Shown here: in pieces, positions 36,103 through 52,871 of the stretch
Layout of the letters: each line of letters starts with the position of its first letter
How positions within the stretch are numbered: position 1 is the stretch's first letter
Assembly (NCBI RefSeq): GCF_009914755.1
Contig: NC_060936.1
Strand: one strand, 5' to 3'
DNA: 64,000 bases
From: the human T2T-CHM13v2.0 reference genome, Homo sapiens
Translations under genes and position numbers: made by a program
The notes under the pieces: generated by a model
Database searches by the model: none
Told to the model about the DNA's origin: nothing
Seen by the model: the letters and a program-made list of their open reading frames with translations, nothing else

Positions 36103-38210
36103 GTTTTGTTGTTGTTTCCAACTTTTATTTTGGGTTCAAAGGGTACATGTGCAGGTTTGTTGCATGGGTAAATTGCGTGTTGTAGGGGTTTGAGGTACAG
36201 ATACTTTTGTCACTCAGGTAATCAGCATAATACCTCATAGGGAGTTATTCAGTCCTCACCCTCCTCCTACCCTCCACCCTCAAATAGGCCCTAGTGTCTG
36301 TTGTTCCCTTCTTTGTGTCCATGTGTACTCAATATTTAGCTCCCACTTATAAGTGAAAACATGTGGTGTTTGGTTTTTTGTCCCTGTGTTGGTTTGCTAA
36401 GGATTATGGACTGTATCTCCATCCATGTTGCTGCAAAGGTCACGATCTCATTTTTTCTTATAGCTGCATAGTATTCCATATTGTATATGCACTACGTTTT
36501 CTTTATCCAGTCCACCATTGATGGCCATCTAGGTTGCCTCCATGTCTTCGCTATTGTGAATAGTGCTATGATGAACATATATGTGCAGGTGTCTTTATGG
36601 TAGAGTGATTTGTATTCCTTTGGGTATATCCCCAGTAATGGAATTGCTGGGTGAAATGGTAATTCTATTTTGAGTTCTTTGAGAAATCTCTGGACTGCTT
36701 TCCACAGTGGCTGAACTAATTTACATTCCGACCAGCAGTGTATAAGTCTTCCCTTTTCTCTGCAAGGTGGCCAGCGTCTGCAATTTTTTGACTCTTTAAT
36801 TATAGCCATTCTGACTGGTATGAGATAGTATCTCATTGTGGTTTTGATTGGCATTTTCTTAATGATTAGTGATATTGAGCAGTTTTTCATATGCTTGTTG
36901 GTCATGTGTGTGTCTTCTTTTGAGAAGTGTCAGTTCATGTCCTTTGCCCATTTTTTTTTAGTGGGGTTGCTTTTTGCTTGATTTGAGTTTCTTATAGATT
37001 CTGGATATCAGACCTTTATCAGATGCATAGTTGGCAAGTATTTTCTCCCATTCTGTAGGTTGTCTGTTTACTATGTCAATAGTTTCTTTTGCTGTACAGA
37101 AGCTCTTTATTTTAATTAGGTCCCACCTGTCATTTTTTGTTTTTTGTTGCAGTTGCTTTTGGAGTCTTCATTATAGAATCTTTGCCTGGGCTGGTGACTG
37201 GAATGGTATTTCCTAGATTTTCTTCTATGGTCTTCATAGTTTTAGGTTTTAAAGTCTTTAATCCATCTTGACCCGATTTTTGTAAATGGTGAAAGATAGG
37301 GGTCCAGTTTTCACCTTCTGAAAGATAGGGATCCAGTTTTGACCAGCTGCATATGGCTAGCTAGTTATTCCAGCACCATTTATTGAATAGAGAATCCTTT
37401 CCCTGTTGCTTGTTTGTGTTGGATTTGTCAAAAATCAGATGGTTTTAGGTGTGTGGCTTTATTTCTGGATTCTCTAAAGTGTTCCATTGGTCTATGTGTC
37501 TGTTTTTGTATCAGTACCATGCTGTTTTAGTTACTGTAGACTTGTAGTACAGTTTGTATTTTAGTTACTGTTTGTGTTTTAGTTACTGTAGCCTTGTAGC
37601 ATAGTTTGAAGTTAGGTAGTGTCATGCCTCCAGCTTTGTTCTTTTTCTTAGAATTGCTTTGGCTATTCAGGCTCTTTTTTGGTTCCAAATGAATTTTAGA
37701 ATAGTTTTTTTCTAATTATGTGAAAAAGGTCATTGGTAGTTCAATAGAAATAGCACTGAATCTGTAAATTGTTTTGGGCAGTATGGCCATTTTAACAATA
37801 TTGAGTCTTCCTATCCTGAGCATGGAATGATTTTCCATTTATATGTGTTGTCTCTGATTTCTTTCTGCAGTGTTTCCTAATTCTCATTGTAGAAATCTTT
37901 CACCTCCCTAGTTAGCCATATTCCTAGGTATTTTATTCTTTCTGTGGCTATTGTGAATGGGATTATATTCTTGATTTGGCTCTCAGCTTGGATGTTGTTG
38001 GTGTATAGAAATGTTACTAATTTTTACATTGATTTTGTATCTTGAAACTTTGAAGTTCTTTATTGGATCTAGGAGCCTTTGGGCAGAGACTATGGGGTTT
38101 TCTAGGAATAGCATCATATTGTCTATGAAAAGAGATAGTTTGAGTTCCTCTTTTCCTATTTGGATGCCTTTTATTTCTTTCTCTTGATTGATTGCTCTGG
38201 CTAGGACTTC
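36103..38210 (-). mobile_element. 5'-truncated L1PA15/16-like LINE-1
   Basis: 3' end gggtacatgtgcaggtttg...aattgcgtgt; ORF2 C-terminal peptide 36492-36905; possible TSD tatagtagt/tacagtagt. Confidence 0.92.
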
Positions 38211-38241
38211 TTACAGTAGTTGGAGGTTAAAAGTCAGGAAT

Positions 38242-38755
38242 CGTGATGGTTAATCTTATGTGTCAACTTGATAGGGCTGAGGGATGTCCACATAGCCAAT
38301 AAAACATTATTTCTGGGTGTATTTGTAAAGGTGTTTCTGGAAGAGATTAGCATTTGAGTTCATGGACTGCGTAACTCAGGCTGCCCTCCCCAATGTGGGT
38401 GGGCATCATCCAGTCTCTTTAGGGCCCGCATAGAGCAAAAAGGCAGAAAAAGAGCAACTTCTCACTCTGCTGGAGCTGGGATATCCGTCTTCTCCTGCCC
38501 TTGGACAGCAGTGTTCTGGGTTCTTGAGCCTTTGGACTCAGATCAGAACTTGCACATCGTTCCCCCTGATTCTCAGCCTGCAGACATGGGACCAAATTAC
38601 ACCACTGGCTTCATGGTTCTTCAGTTTGCACGTGGCATATCTTGGGACCTCTTGTCCTCCATCATCATGTGAGCCAATTCCTATAATAAATCTTCTCACA
38701 TATATCTCTATATATGCCACTGGTTCTGTTTCTCTGGAGAACCCTGAGTAAGACA
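38242..38755 (+). mobile_element. MLT2 (ERVL) solo LTR, followed by (TG)n at 38782-38812
   Basis: gtgatggttaatcttatgtgtcaacttga ... tggttctgtttctctggagaaccctga. Confidence 0.92.
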
Positions 38756-38778
38756 GAGGTAAATATGTGTATGTGTGT

Positions 38779-38815
<37 letters not shown>

Positions 38816-40008
38816 GGAGTACAAAATACATGATAGATTTAAAGAGAACCTAAAGTTTAAGGGGCCCTCCAGAGAGCATCCATGTCACCTCTCTGACTAT
38901 AGAAAGGAAAAACTTGACTTACTTTATGTGGTGACCTGCCCTAGGTCAAAACACTTGACGGATTAACATCCCACCTGGAGACACATTAAGAAGCATTTCT
39001 TTACATCTGGACCAAATGCTTTTGCTAAACTTTTTTTATTCAAAGGGCATTCAAAATACATAGTGGAATTTACATTTTGGGCTCTAGCTCTGGAAATAAG
39101 ATTGACATTTGGTTGCACAAGAATTTGTTCCCTCAATTTACAATGCAAAACCTGTCATCTAATTTAAATACAGTATTCAAAACAAGAAATCAGACTTTCA
39201 GAGATGGTAGAGATGGGTTGTACCATGTAGTGGAATTGCTTGACAGCCTCTCAATTTTCTCTGGAGACAAAACAGCTCTTCTACCAGCAAGAAAGTTTCA
39301 ATGGAGATGGTAATATCCATAGCTATATTTCAAATTATGGTTGATAGAGTTATTTTTCTCAAACTGAATTTAAAATCATATATTTGTTGATTTAAATTGT
39401 CCTCATTCTCATATTATTTGAATTAAATGATGAGCTTTTCAAAACATGGGAGACAGATAAAGTCTAAGAAACCTTAACAAGAAATCACAATGTGAAGGAA
39501 ACAATGTCATTTGAACTGATATGTGAGCCAGTCAGTCACAGACAAACACCTCTGCTTCAACACAGCTTACTGAGTTGAAGAGGGGTAGTCAGGGAGAATG
39601 AGTCAAGACATTCTTATTGACACTTTTTATTATTTTACAATAATTTATAAAGGTAATATATGAACACTATAGAAAATTAATGCCTTGAAGGGATATATGA
39701 AGTAAAATAAAAAGTGATCCCTGCTTCACTTTTATTCTTTCACTCATGAGGGTAAGCATTGTTAGTAATTTGGTATATATCATTTCTGTTTATTTTCAAT
39801 GCACTTAGAAACATATGTGCACATTTATTAGTATGTATGTATTTATGCATGTATATTGTATATAAAAATGAAATTATACAATATATTTAGCACATTCTCA
39901 TTTACATTAAGTGTGTTAGAAACATATGTGGGTCAGCTTTCAAGACTGGACATCAGACAGCAAAGTTCAGGGATCCTGGAAAAACAGGGAAAAGATGAAG
40001 TAAATTCT

Positions 40009-40304
40009 GTTTTGGTTTGTTTGTTTGAGGTAGGGTCTCACACTGTTGCCCAGGTTGGAGCACAGTGGTGTGATCATGGCTCATGGAAGCCTCAAACTCC
40101 TGAGCTCAAGTGATCTTCCTGCCTCAGCCTCTCGAGTAGCTAGGACTACAGGTGACCACTACCACATTGGATTATTATTATTATTTTTCGTAGAGATGAT
40201 CTTGCTATGTTGCCCAGGCTAGTTTTGAACTCTTGGTCTCAAGCGATCCTCCTGCCTTGGCCTCCCAGTGTTGGCATTACAGGTCTGAGCCACTGCACCC
40301 ACCC
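40009..40304 (-). mobile_element. AluJ (Jo/Jr-like)
   Basis: Antisense dimer; degenerate TSD agatgaagtaaattct / agatggggtgaattct. Confidence 0.92.
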
Positions 40305-40411
40305 CAGATGGGGTGAATTCTATAATTGCTCCAACTTTTTGTCTTTGGTGTCTGTTCAGATCTTTGGCTCACTTACTGTGTCACAGATATACATATAAAT
40401 ATGGAAAGATG

Positions 40412-40721
<310 letters not shown>

Positions 40722-41124
40722 AAATATGGAAAGATGAAAGAGAAATACTTTTCTTATATTGAATGAAGAAGGCTTAGCATGGCATTAAAAGTAGAAGCAT
40801 GAAAGAATGATTTAAAACTTTTGTAGAATGACATATTTCACCAGCAAAATTAACGTCCAAAAGAAGACTTTAAAACAATATTTGCAAAAGCTATTAGAAA
40901 TATAAGAAGATTCATATTAGAACACTTTAATACATCTTGTTCAGAAACTAATGGATTAAATAAATTAAAAAGAAGTGGTCTATACATGCCTGGAATGATC
41001 GAATAATCAATTTTTATACAATTTATATATTTGTCCAATAAATTAAGAATAAATATTTTCAGATGCCTATGAAGCATTTTGCATTGTCCATGAGAAATGA
41101 TACTGATGATAATGATTATTGTGA

Positions 41125-41290
41125 TAGGCAATATTTATTGAGTGCTGACTATGGGCCAGCCACTGGGTTAAGCCTGTTACATGTACTTCTATTCCTCATG
41201 AACTGAGGTAAATATTGTTATTATTCCCATTTTATAGATGAGGAAATCAAGGATTAAAAAGATTAAATAATTTCCAAAGACAACATGGCA
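41125..41290 (-). mobile_element. MIR SINE
   Basis: atttattgagtgctgactatgggccagc...cccattttatagatgaggaaa. Confidence 0.85.
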
Positions 41291-41629
41291 TCACAGTTTT
41301 CCTTTCTGTATAATAAAATATCGAGTAAAGAATAATGTTCCATTTTCATTCTCTTTCACAGGAATTCTCTGTGAAAATCTAATGTTTAAATTCTCCCACA
41401 TTCTTAAGCAAATGGCCATTTCGTTGCTGACTACGCCTTTACATCTCATCTCAGGCTCTTCTGTCCTCAAATTCCTTGAGTAGCTTTGAACAGCTATGAA
41501 TGTATTCTGTTTAAGTGCTGGGTCTAATATGTCTTAGCCAATTCCATTCCATAAATAATTGCTTACTGTGAGCAAGTCTGTTATCCAGTGTCCGGTAAAA
41601 GGCCCTTGGTTCACCTCTTAATGCTTCCG

Positions 41630-44600
41630 GGCTTGGATCTTGGCTCTCTTCTCCTAGTTCCATGGCTTTCAACACCATCTATGTGCTTATGACTCCCAGA
41701 TCTGTATCTCCATTCCAAACTTATATAAACAATTTTACTTGGTACTCATCTTGGACACTTGGATATCTTACAGGCGTATTGGACTTAACCCATCCAAAAT
41801 GGAATACTTGATTCCTAATGCCTTACCCCCATCCCTAAAGCTTTCGTCCTCCACCGCACTGCATCTTCATCTGAGTAAATGGTACATCTTCCACTTAAGT
41901 GCTCCGCTAAAATATCTAATGGTCATTTTTGATTTGTCTCTCTCCTCATGCCCTACAGTCAATCATTCAGCAAGTCCCATTGGTTCTACTTTCAAGACAT
42001 ATCTCAAATCCAACTCCATTTTTTTGTCTTCACTGTCCAAGTAGCATCTTCACCTATTAGAATTATGGTAATAGCATTGAATTATTCTACCAGCTTCAAC
42101 TCTCTTGCTCCATTTTCCATTCTCTGCAGAGCAGCCAGAGCAATTGTCTCAATGTTAATTCAATTCACTCCACTTGCTTGAAAACTTTTAGTGACTTCCC
42201 ATCACATTTTTAATAAAATAGAAACTGCTCTCCTTGGCTACTGAGCTCCTCTATGCTATGGCTTCTGCCTACCTCTTCCTCTTCATTCCTCACCACTTGG
42301 CCCTCCTCTCTAAGCTCCAGCTGTGCTGGGCTCCTTTCTGTTCTCAAACACTCTGAGTGCATTCCAGTTTCAGCACCTTAGCACTGGCTATTGCAGCTTC
42401 CTGGAACTCTTTCCCCAGGCTTGTGTCATGGTTGAATCCTTTCATCTTTCTTGTCTCAGCTCAAACATTACCCCTTTGAGGGTTCTTCCCTGACCATCCT
42501 ATTTAACATAGGATTATTCATTCCCACTTACTTACCTTCAAATCATCTTCATTATTTCCTTTTCAACACCCCAATTTGAAACTTTTGTCTTGTTTTTCAT
42601 TTACTTGATTTTTAAACTTGATTTTTGTTTTTAGTAAATATGCACACATAGTTTAAAAAGCTAAACAGTAATACAAGATCTAGGTCAAAAAATGGTAATC
42701 CTCTCATTCTCTCCTCCATTCTTCCTCATGCCTTTTCCTTAGAGGCATATACTTAGATTTCTTGTATTTTCTTTCAAAATTCTAAATAATCTTACCTGAT
42801 GATTTTGTAAATATTGTTTCATAACTGATCTTCAAAATGTAAAGACCAGATTTCCTTTCTTACAGAAGCATGAGCTTTGCTTTTTTTGTTTCATTTGATT
42901 TATCCCCTAATTTAGCCTCTAAATGTCTGGGGGAAAAAACAAAACAAAACAAAACAAAGCAAAACCTACAAATGTCCTCTCAGAATAGGCAAATACATCA
43001 GACACTCTTTTAACTCATTTTTTTTCTCTCCCCAGCTTGGAACTCTCCATGATGGAGTCCTCTCTTTTCCTGCCCAGTCTGTGTTGTTGGTCAGTTGTGG
43101 TTCTGGGACTACCTTTCCTATCATTCTGGATATTTCCTTTACTTCTTTCCTAGGTTGGAATTTTTGTTTTCTAAATTCCATTGCCATCTTTATTGTTTAT
43201 GTCTTCATTTCAGCGAAGTACATCTTTTAATATCTTAAGAACAGTGTATGAAAGGCACTATTATATCTGTGATGTTACATGTCTGTAATCTACCTTCATT
43301 CTTGATATTTTAGTTAGTTATAAAATTCTAGATTGGATGTACTGCCCCTCAGAACTCTGAAGTTACTGAGTTCCAGTATGGCTGTTGAAATTCTGTCATC
43401 TGGATTCCTGACCTTTTATAAATAACTCCCCTTCTTCCCTTGTGTTCTGAAACTTCATTGGATGTGCCTTAATGGAGGTCTTTTCTACTAATTGCACAAC
43501 GCATTTGCTGGGCCTTTTCAATCTGGTGATTTATGTTCTTCAGTTCTTAGAATATCTTTTATGTAACTTATTTCTCAAATACTTTCCTTTCTGCCATTTT
43601 CTCTGCTTGCTCTGTCTACAACTTCTGTTAGTCCTGGATTGATTCACTAATTTCTTTATCTTTTATCAGCTATTTTCCATCTCTTCAGCTTTTGTTTTTC
43701 TTTCAGGGAGAGTTTCCTAATGTTGTCTTCAAATCTTTGATATTTTAACATTTTAGCTTTAATATATGTAATTTCTAAAGAACACTTTCTTATTCCCTGA
43801 ATGTTTTTCTGTAGTGATTTGTTCTATTAATGGATGTGATATCTTCCCTTATTTCTTTGAAGCTATTCATTATGAATTTTTTTAAAAAGTTTTTTTCTGT
43901 CCCCTGAATTGTTTAAACTTCTTCCAGGTTTTCCCTGTTTCGTGTTTGATTTCTGTCTTCTATGGTAGACAATTTACTTAAATATCCTATGATCTTTGGC
44001 TATCTATTTATGCCTAAGATTTCTGTATCATTACTTTAGGGGTGAGGCACTAAAACTCAAATTGGCAGTTATGCTTGTATGGGCAGAGTTTGCTAACTGA
44101 TAGATTACCTATGGTTTTATTGGGACACCCACTAATGACAGTATCTGTAGTTCTTTTCTATTGGTGGGCTCATTTTCCCCAGAAAGGAATCATCCAGCCT
44201 TTGCCTGGGATGTTTGAGGCCAACTGCCAAGGTTCTGGGGGCTGATCAGGGGAAGGGAACTGGGACCTCGCTGTTCAGTATGCCTACTTTTACTCAACAC
44301 CCATTTTCGATATAGTGTCTCTGCCCTGCTCCAGATTTTGTCCCTAAGTCCAGACTCTCTCTGCTTCAACCTCTGCAAAGCGTAAACTCCTGTTTCCTGG
44401 CCAGAGGAGGAGAAGTGGAAGCCTGGGGAATGAAATCTAGAGATGGCTGTCTCACTGCTCCTTCAACTTTCAACCCAGCTCCTGTTTTCAGTACCCCCCT
44501 GAAGCTCAACCTTAAGAGATGCCCTGTGCTTCCATCCCAAGACTTTCTGGGGCTTTGAAACTTGCTTCTTATTACTTTTCACACTGTAAGCAATTGGGTT

Positions 44601-44965
44601 TCATATTTCTCAGCTCTTCTAAATCAGATACTACTTATCAGTTTTCCGTAGTTAAAATTTTTGTTGTCATGGCTTTTCTGGGGTTATTTTCTGTTTTGTT
44701 CTGTTTGTCTCTTCTTTTTAGACCTTTTAAGTCCTTGGCAGTCACTTTACTGGAATTTGGGAGAGGGTGGCATACCAAAGGGCCTGTGTTAAATTCACTG
44801 TGTTTATCTAGTTCCTTGAGATTTTACTTATTGTCTGTTCCCCATCTCCTTAAAGTATAAATGCCTTGAGAGCAGGCAGGAATTTTGTTGTGTTTATCAT
44901 TTTGTACAGGCCTCTAACATACTTGGCACAGAGTAGGGACTTAAAATATTTGTTGAATAAATGGG
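41630..44965 (+). mobile_element. L2a-like LINE (41630-42605 and 44820-44965) interrupted by HAL1
   Basis: ccatctatgtgcttatgactcccagatctgtatctcc...; 3' end ttggcacagagtagggacttaaaatatttgttgaataaatg. Confidence 0.8.
42610..44812 (-). mobile_element. HAL1-like (half-L1) element, near full length
   Basis: Antisense ORF1-type decayed sequence with HAL1-like motifs (ttataaaattctagattgg, ggccttttcaatctgg, tcctggattgattcactaattt) and 5' end ...gtgttaaattcactgtgtttatctag. Confidence 0.65.
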
Positions 44966-45003
44966 TAAAGGAATTTCATAGGTATAGTAACTTTGTGACT
45001 TTT

Positions 45004-45728
45004 TTAAAAAGTTCATTAAAATGTAATTTACATACCATATAGTTCACCATTTAAAGTGTAGAGTTGGATGGTTTATAGTATAGTCACAGAGTCATATAAC
45101 CACCACCATGATTAACTTTAGAACATTTCATTATCCCCCAAAGAAACCCTGTACTCATTAGCAGTCATTTTCCATTTCCCCCAAACCCCCGGCCCTAGGC
45201 AAACACTAATCTACTTTCTGTCTCTAAAGATTTTCCTATTCTGGACATTTCATATAAATGAAATCATACCATATGTGATCTGTAACTTGCTTCTCTGACT
45301 TAACATTTTCAGGTTCATCTAAGTGGTAGCATGTATCAGTACTTCATTCTTTTTAATGGTCTAATCATATTATGTTGTATAGATAAAGCACATTTCATTT
45401 ATCCATTCATTAGTTGATGGGCATTTGGTTGTTTCCACTCTTTGGCTATTTTAAATAATGCTACTAAGAGCATTGAGGTACACATTTTTATTTTTATTTC
45501 TTTTGGATATATTTATAGGAGTGGAATTGCTGGGTCATTTGGTAACTCTCTGTGTAACATTTTGGGGAAGTGAAAAACTGTTTTCCAAAGAGCCCACACC
45601 ACTTTACATTCCCACCGGCAGTGTATGACGGTCCCACTTTTTCCATATCCCCTTATACTCACACTTGTTATTATCTGTCTTTTTGATTACAGCCATCCTT
45701 GTGGGTGTGGAGTAGTATCTCACTGTGG
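45004..45728 (-). mobile_element. 5'-truncated L1MB-like LINE-1 3' end
   Basis: taatttacataccatatagttcaccatttaaagtgta...; degenerate TSD aactttgtgactttt / aatcttatgactttt. Confidence 0.88.
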
Positions 45729-46764
45729 AATCTTATGACTTTTAACCCAAACAAATAAACATTTGCTGAATACTAATACATGCTGCACACTGTGCTCTGG
45801 AAGATTAAACTATAAACGAATGAAGAACCTGGCTTCCTGCAGAGAGGGCAAATGCATGGTATCCGAGCTGGGTGGTCCTGTCTTCTTTTCAGTTCTTCCT
45901 CAGTTACCTTTTCTTCTTTTGCTCCTTTTTTGCCCTTTCATTCATAGCTAAGTACAACCTTTGTTATGACTGAGGAGCATCAACAATGCTGGTGAAATAT
46001 CTGTATGAAGCAAAAAGGGAAGCTCTGCATTCTCAAGTGAAATGAGAAATAATTAGTCCCCGAGAGTACTCCAATTCTCATCAGAATAACTTCAACATGT
46101 TTCTATCTCCTGTCTGGGGTGATATTCCTTTCTTCATTTTGTAGAATTAGAAGTCACCTCGACTTCTTTAGTGGTTAGGGCATATCTCTAGGCTTCTCAT
46201 TCTGTTTTCTTGTCATCCCCCCACCCCTCCAGGCTTCTGTAGCTTCTTGGTGGCAGGCTGTCAATCTGGTGGAAACGAGGATATTCTTGTTAAATGAATA
46301 CTTATTAAAACTTCTTTTCTTTAACTATCAACATTCAAGATAACGGAAATCTGAAAGTTTACTTTGGAATAGATTGTTTTTCTGTTTTCTCTGAATTGTT
46401 AATCATGAGAATTGCAAAAATATTGCTTTTTACTATATTTTCTATAATATAGTAAATTGTATTGCAGTTTTATAGTAATTTAAATATATTTCTATGAGTT
46501 GTCTTGGCACCAGCCCTCCACTTCTAACTTGTTTCTATGGGAACAATGACATTCAAATTCTAACCCACTGCTTTGCCAAGACTGTGAGCACAACTTGGTT
46601 GTAATGCAGAAGTCCTTAACGGGTAAACCAGGGTATGAGCATAGTAGCTCTTTAGTAGAAAAAGGTGAAGCCAATATGTCAGAGCCTGTGGTCATTTAGT
46701 ACAACAGTAAAGGGGTGCCCTGGGAATGGCATTTTACTTAGGAAATTTCAATCTGAAGTCCCTG

Positions 46765-46900
46765 TTGTGTACTGGAAAGAGCGTCTCTAAGGAAAGAAGT
46801 GACCTTGGGCAAGTCGTCAATGCTCCTTGGATCCCACCTTCCTCATCTGTAAAATGAAAGAACTGGATGAGATGATTTCAAAGGACTCTTTTAGCTTTAA
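46765..46900 (+). mobile_element. MIR3/MIR SINE
   Basis: gtgaccttgggcaagtc...ttcctcatctgtaaaatgaaagaactggatgagatgatttcaaagg. Confidence 0.8.
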
Positions 46901-48250
46901 CAGGTTTCAGTATATAAAAGCCAAAATCACTATGTTAAGTTGTGATTTTTCATTCCAAGTTTAAGATCTTTTAATAATTGATTCTTCATTCCTCAAACAG
47001 ACTCATAAAAACAGCACTGAAGGTAAAATCTGACTCCAGCTGAATTGAGGTCATACCCTACTAGAGTAAGTCAGAGCTGCTGGATATTTTCCACTTATTT
47101 GCTATAGATGTCTCTTCCAGCTTTATCCTTGAAGTCATTGGACTGCTGACCAAAGTAATTAAATCCAAGTGTACAATTCACCAAGTCTGCTTTTCCATAA
47201 TAAAAATATAATAAAAATCAATAGTTTCTTCTCATGGATGGACTACACTGATATATTCACCTTGTCTGGGAAAGGGTATGTTAGGAATGTTAACTAAGTA
47301 AATCATGAATTCAAACCACAGACTAAGGTTCAGGAGAAGAGCAAAGTTGCTGTGTATTGAATGGGGATGTGGGCTGTCAGTATTCCTCTGATATGGCAGG
47401 TGTTTCCAGGACCTGTCAGAAACTTCCCTTTAATATTGTGACCTCAATATTAGGGACCCTTGGGATGTTTTTGGTTGCATTCTTTTTTTTCCTCTGTTGA
47501 AAGCCTAAGGGGATTAGAATTAAGGTACTTTCTGTATTGCAGCTGTGTTTTGTTAAGCTGCTAATTGTGTCCAACTTCTTCCCTGAGGAAGTTCTTGGAC
47601 TTTGGCTTGGCAGATGACAGTTAATTTGTCAAAATGTTTGAATGCTTTATGTAAACAAGACCAAAGCTCTGTCTACACACAGATAAAATTTCTTGAAAAA
47701 TATAGCATTCAGTCAAACACTAGGCTCTTTGGAGAAATACTTGTTAGTGACCATTTGCATTTTAGTTCTTTGAATACAACTATTTCTGAAGAGTAGGCTG
47801 AAGTAGCGTTTTTGAATTTTCATGGGTAGTCATTCTTGGGTTATTTAAATTTTCTAAAGTGCTTTAGCCGTGGGTACTTTAAAAAGAAAAAAAGCCAAGA
47901 CACAGTGAGATTCAAACTCTAGGTACTGAGCTCCTCAAGTCATGGCCAGAGGTGTTTGTGAAGGAACCTATGAGTTAAATGGGGCCTTATACAAAGCCCC
48001 TTAGGCCTCCATCTATAGGAATGGGTTCTAGACCCATAGTCCTAGTTTGCTCTAAACAGAGTTGTTGCCCCCACTTCCCAAGGTGAATTGCCCAGCCCTG
48101 ATCCTCCTATGCAGCCTTGATACCATCATACCGCCGCTCCTGTGACTGCTGGTCTCTCTGTACTCCTCCTGCACATTTGGTCTTCTTAGTGCTCTCTGGC
48201 CTCACTTGGTGCGTTCTGGAGACCCATGACATCTGGTATTCCAAATAATA

Positions 48251-48304
48251 TTAGGTTGGTGAAAAAGTAATTGCAGTTTTTGTCATTGAAAGTAATGGCA
48301 AAAG
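48251..48304. mobile_element. MADE1 (Hsmar1 MITE), left part, truncated
   Basis: TA + ttaggttggtgaaaaagtaattgcagtttttgtcattgaaagtaatggcaaaa. Confidence 0.9.
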
Positions 48305-48390
48305 TGATACATTGAACTACAAAGTGTTACAATGAAATACAAAGTAATACATTGAAACACAAAGTAATACAGTGAAAGTAATACAGTGAA
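48301..48390 (+). repeat. 20-bp/14-bp minisatellite (about 5 units)
   Basis: aaagtgatacattgaactac aaagtgttacaatgaaatac aaagtaatacattgaaacac aaagtaatacagtg aaagtaatacagtgaa. Confidence 0.9.
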
Positions 48391-48984
48391 CAGGTGTGAG
48401 CTGGATATGGGCCTCTGTGTGTGTGTGTGTGTGTGAGAGAGAGACTGTATGTGGTGAAAGCACATATTGGTTGTAAACATAGAGGTCCTTAAGAGTTAAA
48501 CCAGGGTACTAAGCATAGTGCCTCTTTAGCAGAAAAGAGTGCATATCCACTTTTCACATCCTGAGAATTCTACTTCTGTCAACTTAGCTTTTACTATTCC
48601 TGTGCTTTGGATGCCAAATTTCCACAAGAATAAATTCTTAATTTTTTTCTATCTCCTTTTTTTTTTTTTTTAAACTAAGTGGTGGTTTTATTTTGAACTC
48701 TTCTCCAGAATGACATTAAGGTGCTTGTGGCTCTGGGGAGTGTTTTCTCTTTTTCTTTTTCTTTCTTTCTTTCTTTCTTATTATACTTTAAGTTTTAGGG
48801 TACACGTGCACAATGTGCAGGTTTGTTACATATGTATACATGTGCCATGTTGGTGTGCTGCACCCATTAACTCATCATCTAACGTTAGATATATCTCCTA
48901 ATGCTATCCCTCCCCCCTCCCCCCACCCCAGGACAGGCCCTGGTGTGTGATGTTCCCCTTCCTGTGTCCATGTGTTCTCATTGT

Positions 48985-52823
<3,839 letters not shown>

Positions 52824-52871
52824 TTATTTTGCTCGTTAGTTGATGCAGTTTCTTCCTAGCCTTGATGGTCT

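Noticed and set aside
24165-38755. Two MLT2 LTRs (or two THE1 LTRs) as ends of a provirus
   Set aside because: Each pair is in opposite orientation, the first MLT2 has its own TSD, and there is no gag/pol-like internal sequence.
48301-48390. CRISPR-like repeat array
   Set aside because: Head-to-tail degenerate units without unique spacers, in human DNA; it is an ordinary minisatellite.
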